A program made the position numbers and the translations under genes. The notes beneath the pieces are model-generated. The model was not told the DNA's origin, ran no database searches, and saw nothing but the letters and a program-made list of their open reading frames with translations. Below are positions 1 to 8,374 of a stretch of DNA of 29,628 nt, one piece after another (the stretch's first letter is position 1; each line of letters opens with the position of its first letter). Source of the DNA: Lysobacterales bacterium (GTDB lineage: Bacteria > Pseudomonadota > Gammaproteobacteria > Xanthomonadales > SZUA-5); NCBI GenBank assembly GCA_022844165.1, contig JALHMH010000048.1:1-29628 (forward strand), given 5' to 3'.

Positions 1-119
1 CCGCATCCTGCGCCGTGCAGCCGTCCATCTTGCACAACACTACAAAGCGCGTCGTGCGCTCGACGAGCGTTCCGACCGCCGAACGATTCATCGCACCCTT
101 GATGAAATCGCCCTCCCAA
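1..119 (-). pseudogene. IS30-family transposase fragment (continues off the left edge; its upstream part is cut off by the IS3-type element)
   Basis: Minus strand from 118 reads [39 protein letters not shown], matching the IS30 (H)WEGD...GTLVERxTR motif. Not in the ORF track because it lacks a start. Confidence 0.8.
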
Positions 120-152
120 CGGAATGTGTCAACCTTTTTCCAACGTTTTTCG
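120..152 (-). mobile_element. Probable right end of the IS3-family element
   Basis: Lies just past the transposase stop and reads ...GTTGACACATTCCG on the minus strand, directly abutting the IS30 WEGD codons. Confidence 0.5.
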
Positions 153-830
153 TCAATTATTAAGATGAACAATTGGGATGTCAGGTAGCTCCGTAGGTGG
201 TGGTTGAGAAGCAAAGCTGCCGCTGGCCTCGATGAGCGTCTGGGCTGTCGTCGTCGGCCCGCTGTCGAGTGGATTGATAGCAACTAAAGGGGGAAGTGGT
301 TTCGACTTCGGTGGGCCATTTGGGTATCTCTCAGGGTGTGCTTCGTAATGGCAGTCAAGTGCGGCCTGGCGGGTCCGCCAGATCTCTTCGGCGGTGCCGT
401 TGAACGCTTGCTCCGGCGTGTACATCGACAGGCCCTGGTGTGGGCGCTGATGGTAGGTATCGAAGAAACTCTTGAGCCACTCGCGGGCGGCTGTGGCGTC
501 GGCGAACTTCCCCGGATAACCGGCGGCGTACTTGAGCGTTTTGAAGTGGCTCTCGCTATGTGCGTTGTCGTTGCTGACGCGCGGTCTGGAGTAGCTCTGC
601 TCGATGCCGAGGCCGTCCAGCAACTCGCGAAAGGTGTTCGCCGTCATCGGTGCGCCGCGATCTTGATGCACCGTTAGTTGCTCGGCGGCGATGCCGTGAT
701 GCTTGATCGTATTGGCGAACAGGATCTTTGCCAAGCCGGCGTTTTCCTTCACCGAGACCATCCAGCCGACCACATAGCGCGAGTACAAATCGAGGATCAC
801 GTACAAGCTCAGGTAGACACCGGCGACCAA
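153..830 (-). pseudogene. IS3-family DDE transposase (rve integrase core), 5'-truncated
   Basis: LYVILDLYSRYVVGW, HQDRGAPM and SRPRVSNDNAHSESHFKTLKY motifs. The first catalytic Asp region and N-terminus are missing; sequence above ~830 is the non-coding repeat. Confidence 0.85.
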
Positions 831-844
831 CGAGTAGAACAAGT

Positions 845-953
845 AGAACAGGACAGCCATCGTATCGTGAGTCAAGCGCCGACTGGCGGTCCTTGCGGCA
901 AAAATGCGACGTTTCTGGAGAATGATTTCAGCGCGCAACCAACACGCCCAGAC
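845..953. repeat. ~110-bp repeat, copy 1 (terminal segment of the HUH-transposase element)
   Basis: Closely similar to 2684-2777 and 2781-2862 (shared GTGAGYCAAG...GCGGTCCYTGCGGC...GCGACGTTTCTGGAG). Confidence 0.85.
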
Positions 954-986
954 GCCCGCGGCGTCAAGAATCCCGTGTGATGGCTC

Positions 987-1973
987 TCACCGGGTCACAA
1001 GGCTCCGGGCATAGCCGATGCCTTTGAGCCACTGTCGCTTCCACTCGGCGGCTTTGGCTTCGAGCGCTTCTACGCTCGCGACCAATCGCCAATACCCGGA
1101 GCCGATGCCCTTGACGTGGCCGGTCCATTGTTCGGGTTCGAGGCCAAGCTTGCGCAGCGCCGTTGGCTCGCGCTCGTCGATCTTGCCGCGTTTGCCGGGC
1201 TTGATCTGGCGGCCGGTGAAATCGACCAACTCGATGTACTGGCGATTGCTCATTGCCAGTCGCGCAAAGGTGTCGCTCTTGAAAACGGCAATTCCCAGGC
1301 GAACGCCAGCAATCGGCATCAGCGGCGAATCGGCCTTGCTTGGATTGTTGCGTAAGTCCTCGGCGCGCTTCTGGATGCTGGTGTGATCGCTGCTCTCGAT
1401 GCTGCCCGCGATGCCGGCGCGCACTGGATTCAGATCAACGTAGGTCATCGCCGCAGCAAGAGCTGCTTCATCGTCGAGCAGTTGGCATTTGAATCGCCCT
1501 TCCCAAAATCGACCTGTCACATCATCTTCCGCATTCGCCTTGCGCGCGATGTGCTCGTCGAGACAGCGCATGTACCAGGACAAATTGGCGAGCCGTTTGC
1601 GGCGCTCCTCCAGCGCGTCCTTATCGACGATCAATGCACTGATCTTCGCCGCGTTCTGCTCCGGCTCACGCGCGGGAAACAACTGCACCCAGCGCTCGGC
1701 AACCTGCTCCTCCGTCCAGTCGCGCGCGGCACTCGGTTCGACCGAGAGCACCACGTGCAGGTGATTGCTCATCACCGCGTAGCTGTAGACATCGACAGCA
1801 AAGATGCCCGCCAGTTGCACAATGCGCGCCGCGATCATCGGCTTGCGGTGTTCGTAATCGACCTTCGTGATCGGATCGATCCCGCACAGCCACGCGCGCC
1901 GCACGCAGCGCGTAACGCAGTGGTAGAAGGCTTGCTGGCCTTCGGCGACGGTGAGGTGGCGGGCTTGAGTCAT
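987..1973 (-). CDS. HUH/Y1 transposase, REP-associated tyrosine transposase (RAYT)-like, 328 aa
   Basis: YHCVTRCVRRAWLCG, YAVMSNHLHVV (HUH), GRFWEGRFK and YVDLNPVRAG (catalytic Tyr). Start set at ATG 1973 because the longer ORF only runs through the tandem repeats. Confidence 0.88.
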   Translation of the reverse strand: MTQARHLTVAEGQQAFYHCVTRCVRRAWLCGIDPITKVDYEHRKPMIAARIVQLAGIFAVDVYSYAVMSNHLHVVLSVEPSAARDWTEEQVAERWVQLFPAREPEQNAAKISALIVDKDALEERRKRLANLSWYMRCLDEHIARKANAEDDVTGRFWEGRFKCQLLDDEAALAAAMTYVDLNPVRAGIAGSIESSDHTSIQKRAEDLRNNPSKADSPLMPIAGVRLGIAVFKSDTFARLAMSNRQYIELVDFTGRQIKPGKRGKIDEREPTALRKLGLEPEQWTGHVKGIGSGYWRLVASVEALEAKAAEWKRQWLKGIGYARSLVTR

Positions 1974-2029
1974 GCGGCGATCATCGCCACAACGATGACG
2001 TGTGTCTGTCAGGCAAACGCTGAAAGTTG

Positions 2030-2047
2030 TGTCAGAATTTTCTGACA
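2030..2047. promoter_or_regulatory. Perfect inverted repeat upstream of the transposase (operator or HUH recognition hairpin)
   Basis: TGTCAGAA-TT-TTCTGACA. Confidence 0.4.
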
Positions 2048-2096
2048 GCGAACGTGATCCGGTGGTTCGCCGCTTGGCTGCGATTCCTTGGCGCTT

Positions 2097-2167
2097 CCCT
2101 GGCTGTCCGCGATTCCGCCTGTCCCTGGCTGTCCGCGATTCCGCCTGTCCGCGATTCCGCCTGACAC
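2097..2167. repeat. Tandem 16-bp micro-repeat array
   Basis: CTGTCCGCGATTCCGC at 2103-2118, 2129-2144 and 2145-2160, with partial CTGTCC/CCCTGG units between. Confidence 0.9.
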
Positions 2168-2683
2168 GAGGCAATGCGCCATCGCAAGCGTTGCCTTGGT
2201 TCCTCGGAGTCCTAGACCCGCTTCATGCGTGGAAGGATCGTGTCGGAACCTGGGAGAGCCAGCACGCGGGTCATGGATGACCGCTGACGATGAAGGCCGA
2301 AAGCGTATGAGATCGTCGGATAAGCGGGCTGGCAGTCAGACGAGGTCGTAGTAGCGACGAAGCGGGCGAACAAAGTCAGAGGATTGGCGGCGGAGTCAGT
2401 GGAGCGAAGGGCCTCGGCAGAGAGGAGTCGCGGGAAGCTGAGCCATGGCGGGGACGCAGAGCCCTGTGCAATTGGACCTTAGTGACTTGCGGCGCATGGG
2501 CGACTGGGTGTGGGATTCAGATCTGACGTTATTGCACGGCTCGACGGATCGTGCCGAGGTGGTCTCGCTCACCCCAGCCGGTTGCCTATGTTCGACTCGA
2601 TGCAGGAGCCGGATGCGTTAGCAGCGCACGTCCGGATCTGTGCGGGGGGGGGGGCGCCGGGTGACCGGCGGCCGTACCGCGAT
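2163..2683 (+). ncRNA. Group II intron remnant: 5'-truncated, RT/maturase ORF deleted, domains V and VI intact
   Basis: DV GAGCCGGATGCG-TTAGCAG-CGCACGTCCGGATC (2606-2638, AGC triad). DVI ends ...GTACCGCGAT (AY terminus, 2683). Upstream GGAACCTGGGAGAG and GCAGTCAGACGAGGTCGTAGTAGCGACGAAG...GTGGAGCGAAGGGCCTCG resemble the DI end and DIII. Only ~150-180 nt remain where the ORF should be. Confidence 0.85.
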
Positions 2684-2862
2684 TCGAACTGTGAGTCAAG
2701 AGCCGACTAGCGGTCCTTGCGGCCTAAATGCGACGTTTCTGGAGAGTGATTTCAGCGCGCAACCAACGCGCCCAGACAACAGAACTGAACAGCCATCGAA
2801 TCGTGAGCCAAGGGCCGTCTTGCGGTCCCTGCGGCCTTAGCGCGACGTTTCTGGAGCGCGCA
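2684..2862. repeat. Copies 2 and 3 of the ~112-bp repeat, in tandem
   Basis: Equivalent positions at 2684 and 2796 (period 112). Copy 2 lacks its first ~15 nt, exactly where the intron 3' end joins. Confidence 0.85.
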
Positions 2863-2984
2863 TCATCCGGGACGTTGCTCGGTCCTGGCCCTCTTTCCTA
2901 CGGCAATACGTTTGACTGATGACGTGCTTCTGGCTCAAATGGCGTTCGATCGAGATCGGGCGCGCCGATTGCAAGGGGAAGACC

Positions 2985-3989
2985 ATGCCCAGGCATACCA
3001 GTATTTTGTTGTTGCTTCTGGTCGGCTGCTCGTCCTCGATTGACGCCAAGGACTCCTTCCACCGATACGAGCAGGCCGGGTTTTTGGTCGACATGATCGA
3101 TCTGCCTGTCGTCGTCGATGAAGGTATGCCGGGATTTGGAAAGTACAAACTGAGTACGGCGGACAAGTCCACGAGCACCGAAGTGAGCTGGGAAGTCGGC
3201 AATCAGCTGTCGCGGGAAACGGTTGAACATTTGGTGGCGAATATCTTCAAAGGTACGGTGATTGATTCCAAGTTGATCGACAGTCGGGCGGGCGAGGGAT
3301 GGGTGGAAGCCGCCGCAAGCGGATCGATCAACGGAAAAGTCCACATGCGCCTGATCATTCGCCACTGTCAAGCAAGCGGATTGCAACTAACCTTGGGCTT
3401 CACGTCGGTCGATGAAAAGCGCAGTCGCGCCATGTATGAGCGCGGCCGCCGAAGTTTGCGCTGCAAGCCTGCGGATCGGAAAGACTTCCGAGGCCGGGAG
3501 CCACCGAGCGCCGCGCTGCCTGAGACGTTCGGCTATCTCAGCATCAATCTAGGCAAATTTGAGGGGCTGGTGAATAAGGAAGGTTACGCGGTGGCCTACG
3601 AGGGCGCCGCCAAAGACAACCTCGAAGGGGCGCTCAGGCGCCCGGAGCTGCTGACCAACGTGTGGGCCAACACCCTGGGCATTGCACTCAATGAACCAGG
3701 TCCGGTGACCGTTCATGCGGGTCTCGGTGGCGCGACCCAGAGCCGATTGACGGCCAAGAGCGCACGGAGCGGATCTGCATATCGTTTTGCCGTGATGTTC
3801 TGTCCTGACGATGGTCAGCAGTATGTTCTCGTTGCATTCAATGCGCTCAAGAAGTCGGACCCGGCACGGCTCGATCCGCTACTCGATCAAATGGGCTGCC
3901 CCAGCACCCAGCCGGGGAGTCTGATCAATCGACCGACATCGTGCGACATCGGACATACGGCCACCTGCAAAGACGCTGAAGCACAGTAG
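2985..3989 (+). CDS. Hypothetical lipoprotein, 334 aa
   Basis: AAGGGGA RBS before ATG 2985. MPRHTSILLLLLVGC lipobox; several Cys. Confidence 0.7.
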   Translation: MPRHTSILLLLLVGCSSSIDAKDSFHRYEQAGFLVDMIDLPVVVDEGMPGFGKYKLSTADKSTSTEVSWEVGNQLSRETVEHLVANIFKGTVIDSKLIDSRAGEGWVEAAASGSINGKVHMRLIIRHCQASGLQLTLGFTSVDEKRSRAMYERGRRSLRCKPADRKDFRGREPPSAALPETFGYLSINLGKFEGLVNKEGYAVAYEGAAKDNLEGALRRPELLTNVWANTLGIALNEPGPVTVHAGLGGATQSRLTAKSARSGSAYRFAVMFCPDDGQQYVLVAFNALKKSDPARLDPLLDQMGCPSTQPGSLINRPTSCDIGHTATCKDAEAQ

Positions 3990-4041
3990 TGGGCTACCGA
4001 CTTGACAACGGCGTGAGAAGGGGTAACCAGTCGGAGTCAGC

Positions 4042-4113
4042 ATGTACATCCAAGAGCATCAAGAGTGGACAGAGCTTGGGATGCGACCGGCCTGATCTGA
4101 CGACGTCGCTGCC
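4042..4113 (+). pseudogene. Possible N-terminal stub of a Fic/DUF4172-type gene
   Basis: GGAG RBS then MYIQEHQEW..., resembling the MYIxExxDWP start of DUF4172-Fic proteins. Breaks down after ~20 codons. Confidence 0.25.
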
Positions 4114-4238
4114 TCTTATGGACCGAGGGTCTTGGCAGGGCGATGGCGACGACGAGCGACGCAGCTTGTAGGCGAAAGACGCGGAAAAAGTCCCCACCGC
4201 GATCGGGAGTTACCTCCCGATATTTTCGAGGGCATGCT

Positions 4239-4325
4239 TTAGCGCTTTTTCACTTCAGGCGCGCCTTCTTCGCCGTCGCGTCTGAAGGCTGGCGACCAGA
4301 CGCTGGTATCGACGAGCAGGCTCAC
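4239..4325 (-). pseudogene. vapC: Truncated VapC/PIN toxin
   Basis: GTG overlaps the antitoxin stop and reads MSLLVDTSVWSPAFRRDGEEGAPEVKKR*, a PIN start motif (LVDTSVW). The frame breaks at an A run and the rest is missing. Confidence 0.75.
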
Positions 4326-4525
4326 GACTTGCGGGCGCGTTCGGCCTTGTCGTCGTAGCCAGAGTCCCAGTCGAGCTGACCGAAAAGCTCGGCGACGCGT
4401 CGTTGTTCCCGTCGGGCGATGAATTCCTGAAGGGCTCGCGTGACTGCTGCCTTCTTTGTTGGCTCGCCGCTGACCTGGAAAGCGCGGTCAAGAAGATCTT
4501 GGTCGAGAGCCAGGTTCGTGGCCAT
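4322..4525 (-). CDS. vapB: VapB-family (DUF2191-like, RHH) antitoxin
   Basis: MATNLALDQDLLDRA...TKKAAVTRALQEFIARR, located directly upstream of the PIN stub. Confidence 0.85.
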   Translation of the reverse strand: MATNLALDQDLLDRAFQVSGEPTKKAAVTRALQEFIARREQRRVAELFGQLDWDSGYDDKAERARKS

Positions 4526-4646
4526 GTGTGACGCCTTGTGGGCCAGTCTACAGATCCGGTGGCCGCCTCAAATCGTAGGACGTCTGCCCGCATTTGAGCC
4601 GTCCAGCATGTGAGTGACTACACAACATCGCCGGGTTTTTATGGCC

Positions 4647-4672
4647 AGGGGCGCCGCTCGGGCGCCCCTTTT
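4647..4672. terminator. GC hairpin, possible intrinsic terminator
   Basis: AGGGGCGCC-GCTCG-GGCGCCCCT then TTT, ~25 nt downstream of the serine hydrolase stop. The T-tract is on the plus strand only. Confidence 0.45.
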
Positions 4673-4693
4673 CAACCGCATTCACGCATCGAA

Positions 4694-6655
4694 TCAGTTG
4701 ATGCGCGTGGCCTGGATTCCACCGACCGCGGCCGTGAAGCACACGGCGACGCCATCGGCGCAGGGGGTGCACGATGAGCGTGCGGCGCGCACGGCTTCGC
4801 AGACCTGGCTCGTGTTTCTGGCCATGCCGGTTTGCACCAGGTTGCGCGCATCGACGAGTGCCTCGGCACGGCCGTCGTAAAAGCGGCTGCCATCATTCGC
4901 GACCTGAAACGATAGCGACCTGGCATTCACCGACATCGCCAACGGACCAGCGCGCAGTTGCAGCGGCCCGGAGCCTGCGACTAAACGACCGCGTTCGAGC
5001 CTGGTGGCGTTGAGCAGGCCTGCGGTGGCGCCGGGTTGGCTTCCAGACAGATGCCGCAACTGTAGCGTGCGCTGCGAGAGATTCGGCTCCATCATCAGCG
5101 GATCGAGCAGCGCCGGCAGCATTGGGAAGCCATCCGGTAACAGCACGTAGCCCGCCGACGTGTCGGTCCGGTAGGTGCGGCGATCGACAGCGCTCGGCGA
5201 GGGCAACGTGGCATGCGTCTGCGTCGACACCGGTCGGCTCGTTGGCGCGGCCTGCAAGGCCTCGACAATGTTCTTGGCCTGGCTGTAAAGCGAACCACTC
5301 GGTCGACCGTTATTGCAGATCAGCGCGACGCCGATATCGGCGCTGCCAACGGCGTTCGGCCATAGCGACCACACCGCGGAGTGCGCCGAGCGATTGGCGC
5401 CGCCGACGTAAGGGCCAATGTCGCCGCCGTGATACACCGAGCCGTTGGCGTCGTCGACGATCAATCCCAGGCCATACGGCGGCAAATTGAACGCATCCGG
5501 GCCTAAAGCGAGATGGCCGATCTCCAACTCCATCCACGACCGCGAGCTGGCGTTGACAATGCGATTGGACTGGTATGCGGCCAGCAGCCGCGCAAAGTCG
5601 CCGATCGTGATGGCCCAGCCGCCGGAAGGTCCGAACCAGCTGGCTTGCGCTGGTGTCGACTCCCAAGCCTCGCTTTGTACCCAGTTCTTGGGCCCGACGC
5701 CGAGGTTGCCGTCGTAGTAGCCAACGGCGCGGCCCGGAATATCGGTGGCGCGGTGGCGATGCGTGATGGCCAGGGACGTGGCCTGTCCTGGTGCCAGCGG
5801 ATTGTCAGACCAGGTGCCAACGTGGTCCCAAATGAAGTCTTCGTAGCCGCTGTAACCATGATCTTTTGCCACCGCGCCAACCATGGCCCCAGCAACGCTA
5901 TAGCCAACGTTGGAGTAAATCGCCTGCCAGCCATCGCCTTGCCCATTGCCGTCGGCATCCACGACCGCGAGATTTTCCTCGACGTTGTTGGCCTCATTAC
6001 TCGCATAGTCCTGGGCAAGATCGGTCGGATCCAGCGCGGCGCGGTGGACTTCAGTGCACAACGGATCGGCAGCATCCGGCGTGGTGGCGTTGCGACACTG
6101 ATGGAATGGGCTGCCATTGTCCCAATTCGGCTGGAACGCAGCACTGGCGCTGGCGCCACCAGCGCCAGCGGTGTGACTCAGGAGTTTGAACAGGATGGCG
6201 TTGCCAAGCTCGCCGCCAATGGGCAGCCGATGATCTACCTGGTCCTCGAAGTCTGCCCAGCCGCGCTCGACCTGGCGCATGGCACCGAGCGCCGTGAACG
6301 TCTTCGACACCGACCCAATTGAGCCCATTGTCGCCACGTTCCAGTCGTGACCACTGATGCCCAGGCGCGCGCGGCCGTAGCCCTTGAGGTACGTCACCTG
6401 ATCGTCAATGGTCACGCCGACTGCACAGCCGGGTGCTGTTGCACCATCGAGCCAATTGACCATCAGCGAATCCACCATGGGCCAGGCGAGGGTGTTGAAT
6501 TTGCCGTCTTTGGCCGCCGACAATGCAATATTGCTATCGGGAACGTGGTCGGCGCCGAATTGCGTCGGCGCTTGTCCGCAGCCGACCAGGAGGGTCGTTG
6601 CTGCGGCAATGGCGGTGGTGAGGTAGTGCTTGCGGCTACGCAAAAGTGCGTGCAT
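4694..6655 (-). CDS. Serine hydrolase (beta-lactamase/PBP family) lipoprotein with C-terminal extension
   Basis: SVSK (SxxK), YSN (YxN) and HGG motifs. LLVGC lipobox; GGAG RBS before ATG 6655. Confidence 0.85.
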   Translation of the reverse strand: MHALLRSRKHYLTTAIAAATTLLVGCGQAPTQFGADHVPDSNIALSAAKDGKFNTLAWPMVDSLMVNWLDGATAPGCAVGVTIDDQVTYLKGYGRARLGISGHDWNVATMGSIGSVSKTFTALGAMRQVERGWADFEDQVDHRLPIGGELGNAILFKLLSHTAGAGGASASAAFQPNWDNGSPFHQCRNATTPDAADPLCTEVHRAALDPTDLAQDYASNEANNVEENLAVVDADGNGQGDGWQAIYSNVGYSVAGAMVGAVAKDHGYSGYEDFIWDHVGTWSDNPLAPGQATSLAITHRHRATDIPGRAVGYYDGNLGVGPKNWVQSEAWESTPAQASWFGPSGGWAITIGDFARLLAAYQSNRIVNASSRSWMELEIGHLALGPDAFNLPPYGLGLIVDDANGSVYHGGDIGPYVGGANRSAHSAVWSLWPNAVGSADIGVALICNNGRPSGSLYSQAKNIVEALQAAPTSRPVSTQTHATLPSPSAVDRRTYRTDTSAGYVLLPDGFPMLPALLDPLMMEPNLSQRTLQLRHLSGSQPGATAGLLNATRLERGRLVAGSGPLQLRAGPLAMSVNARSLSFQVANDGSRFYDGRAEALVDARNLVQTGMARNTSQVCEAVRAARSSCTPCADGVAVCFTAAVGGIQATRIN

Positions 6656-6955
6656 GACGATCTCCAGGTCAAGCGCCTGCCTCCGCGCACCCGGTATGGG
6701 CGCGCCTGGCGATGCAGGCTTAACCCGCATATTTCATGAGGTCGCGATGAAATGGCCTGATTTCGTTGCAAATGCGCGGAAATCTTCGATTTGGTTGGAA
6801 TAGCAGACTGTCCGCTGCCATTTCCTCGCGACCTTATGAAATATGCGGGCTCAAACTCGGAGACGTTTTGCGATGCAAGAAACGACAGACACGTTGCCGC
6901 GACAATCCGTGATGCGACTCGGTTTGCGCTTTGGTGCGCCGCTTGCAGCCGGCGC

Positions 6956-8230
6956 TCAGCGCAGCGCGGCGATCAGCGCATCGCGATGGTTGGCGAGAGT
7001 TTGTGCGTTCGCCGGCCGTGCCAGCAGTTTTGCCAGCGCTGGCGGTACCTCGATCCCTCTTCCGATCAGCGGCTCGACGACGTCGTCGAACTTCGCCGGA
7101 TGCGCGGTCGCGACGATGAGTCTGTTGCTTGCAGGTACTCGAGACAGCACCGCGAGGGCGCACGCTGTGTGTGGACAAAACGCCATGCCGGTGCGCGCAT
7201 GCCAGGCCTGAATCTGCTGGCCGATCGTCAAATCGTCGACCGTCATCGCTTGAATGTTGCTGCGCCTCAGGTCCCGATCTTTGAACCACCATTGCAGCCG
7301 CTCAAAGTTGCTCGGATCGCCGACATCCATGGCGTTTGCGAGTGTGGCGATACTCGGTCGCCCCTGGTATTCGGCGCCACCGAAGTAGTCGCTCAAGGTG
7401 CGATTGGCGTTGGTCGCCAGTACGATGTGTCCGATCGGCAAACCCATTTCACGCACGACGATCGCAGCGAGCGCATTGCCCAGATTGCCGCTGGGTACGA
7501 TGAGTGTCGGCGCCGTTCTGCCGCGGCGATGCCACTGTATCGCGGCATAGGCGTAGTAGGCCATTTGCGGTAACAAGCGCCCTAAGGATATCGAGTTGGC
7601 GCTGGTGAGATTCAATTGCCGCGCGAGCTCCACATCGCCGAGCACACTTTTCACCGTGCGCTGGCAGTCGTCGAAGCTGCCATCGACTTTGTAGGTGACG
7701 ATGTTGTCGCCGAAAGCCGCGAGCTGATGCGCCTGACGCGCCGACACCCGACCGTCCGGGTACAGGATCACCACGCGAAACCCCGGACGTTGGTGAAACG
7801 CGGCAGCGACGGCGCCACCCGTGTCGCCGCTGGTCGCAACGAGCACCGTGCTCTGCGGTGCATCGCTGTGGCGCAATCGCGCCAGGCAGGCGGCGAGAAA
7901 GCGCGCGGCAAAGTCCTTGAATGCCGCCGTCGGGCCGTGGAACAGCTCAAGAACACTGGTGGTGTCGTCCAGATCGATGATTGGAATTGGCAAATCGAGC
8001 GCCTCTGCGCAGATTTGCGGCAGTTGCGACGCCAGTTGGCTGTTGACGAAGAACGGTGCCAGCAGACGGCTTGCGATCTGCGGCAATGAGTCCAGGCCGT
8101 CAAACTCGCCCGTCGCAAAATGTGGCAGACGTTGCGGGACGTAGAGTCCGCCATCGGGGGCCAGGCCCGCGGCGAGAGCTGCGTCGAGCGTGGTCGTGTG
8201 CGCTCTTGCGCGCGTGCTCAGGTAGTTCAT
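6956..8230 (-). CDS. thrC: Threonine synthase
   Basis: GLAPDGGLYVP, LELFHGPTAAFKD (PLP lysine), VATSGDTGGAVA, SANSISLGRL, VPSGNLGN, TAHPAKF. Confidence 0.96.
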   Translation of the reverse strand: MNYLSTRARAHTTTLDAALAAGLAPDGGLYVPQRLPHFATGEFDGLDSLPQIASRLLAPFFVNSQLASQLPQICAEALDLPIPIIDLDDTTSVLELFHGPTAAFKDFAARFLAACLARLRHSDAPQSTVLVATSGDTGGAVAAAFHQRPGFRVVILYPDGRVSARQAHQLAAFGDNIVTYKVDGSFDDCQRTVKSVLGDVELARQLNLTSANSISLGRLLPQMAYYAYAAIQWHRRGRTAPTLIVPSGNLGNALAAIVVREMGLPIGHIVLATNANRTLSDYFGGAEYQGRPSIATLANAMDVGDPSNFERLQWWFKDRDLRRSNIQAMTVDDLTIGQQIQAWHARTGMAFCPHTACALAVLSRVPASNRLIVATAHPAKFDDVVEPLIGRGIEVPPALAKLLARPANAQTLANHRDALIAALR

Positions 8231-8374
8231 CTTAAGATCGTCATCGAGCGTGGCGCAGTCTTCGATTCAAGCGACGCCAGCGGCCTGCCTCTGGGTCGAT
8301 TCCGTCGTTTGCGGTGGGAAATATGCAAGGGTCGACACGTTACCACTTTCTGGTGTCGCGTCTGGAATGATGAC

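Larger units (their letters stand above)
851..2108 (-). mobile_element. Putative RAYT-like HUH transposon bounded by 9-bp inverted repeats
   Basis: GGACAGCCA at 851-859 and its reverse complement TGGCTGTCC at 2100-2108 (again 2126-2134) enclose the transposase. Short tandem duplications lie outside both. Confidence 0.5.

Noticed and set aside
1974-2174. N-terminal extension of the transposase ORF to 395 aa
   Set aside because: It only translates the tandem micro-repeats; family-like sequence begins at MTQAR (1973).
845-2862. ~112-bp repeats as integron attC sites or a CRISPR array
   Set aside because: No RYYYAAC/GTTRRRY boxes or full-length palindrome, no unique spacers between tandem copies, and no integrase or cas gene.
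8231-8374. Riboswitch or Thr attenuator upstream of the stand-alone thrC
   Set aside because: A hairpin exists (~8332-8358), but there is no Thr/Ile-rich leader peptide, no terminator T-tract and no riboswitch consensus I can recognise.
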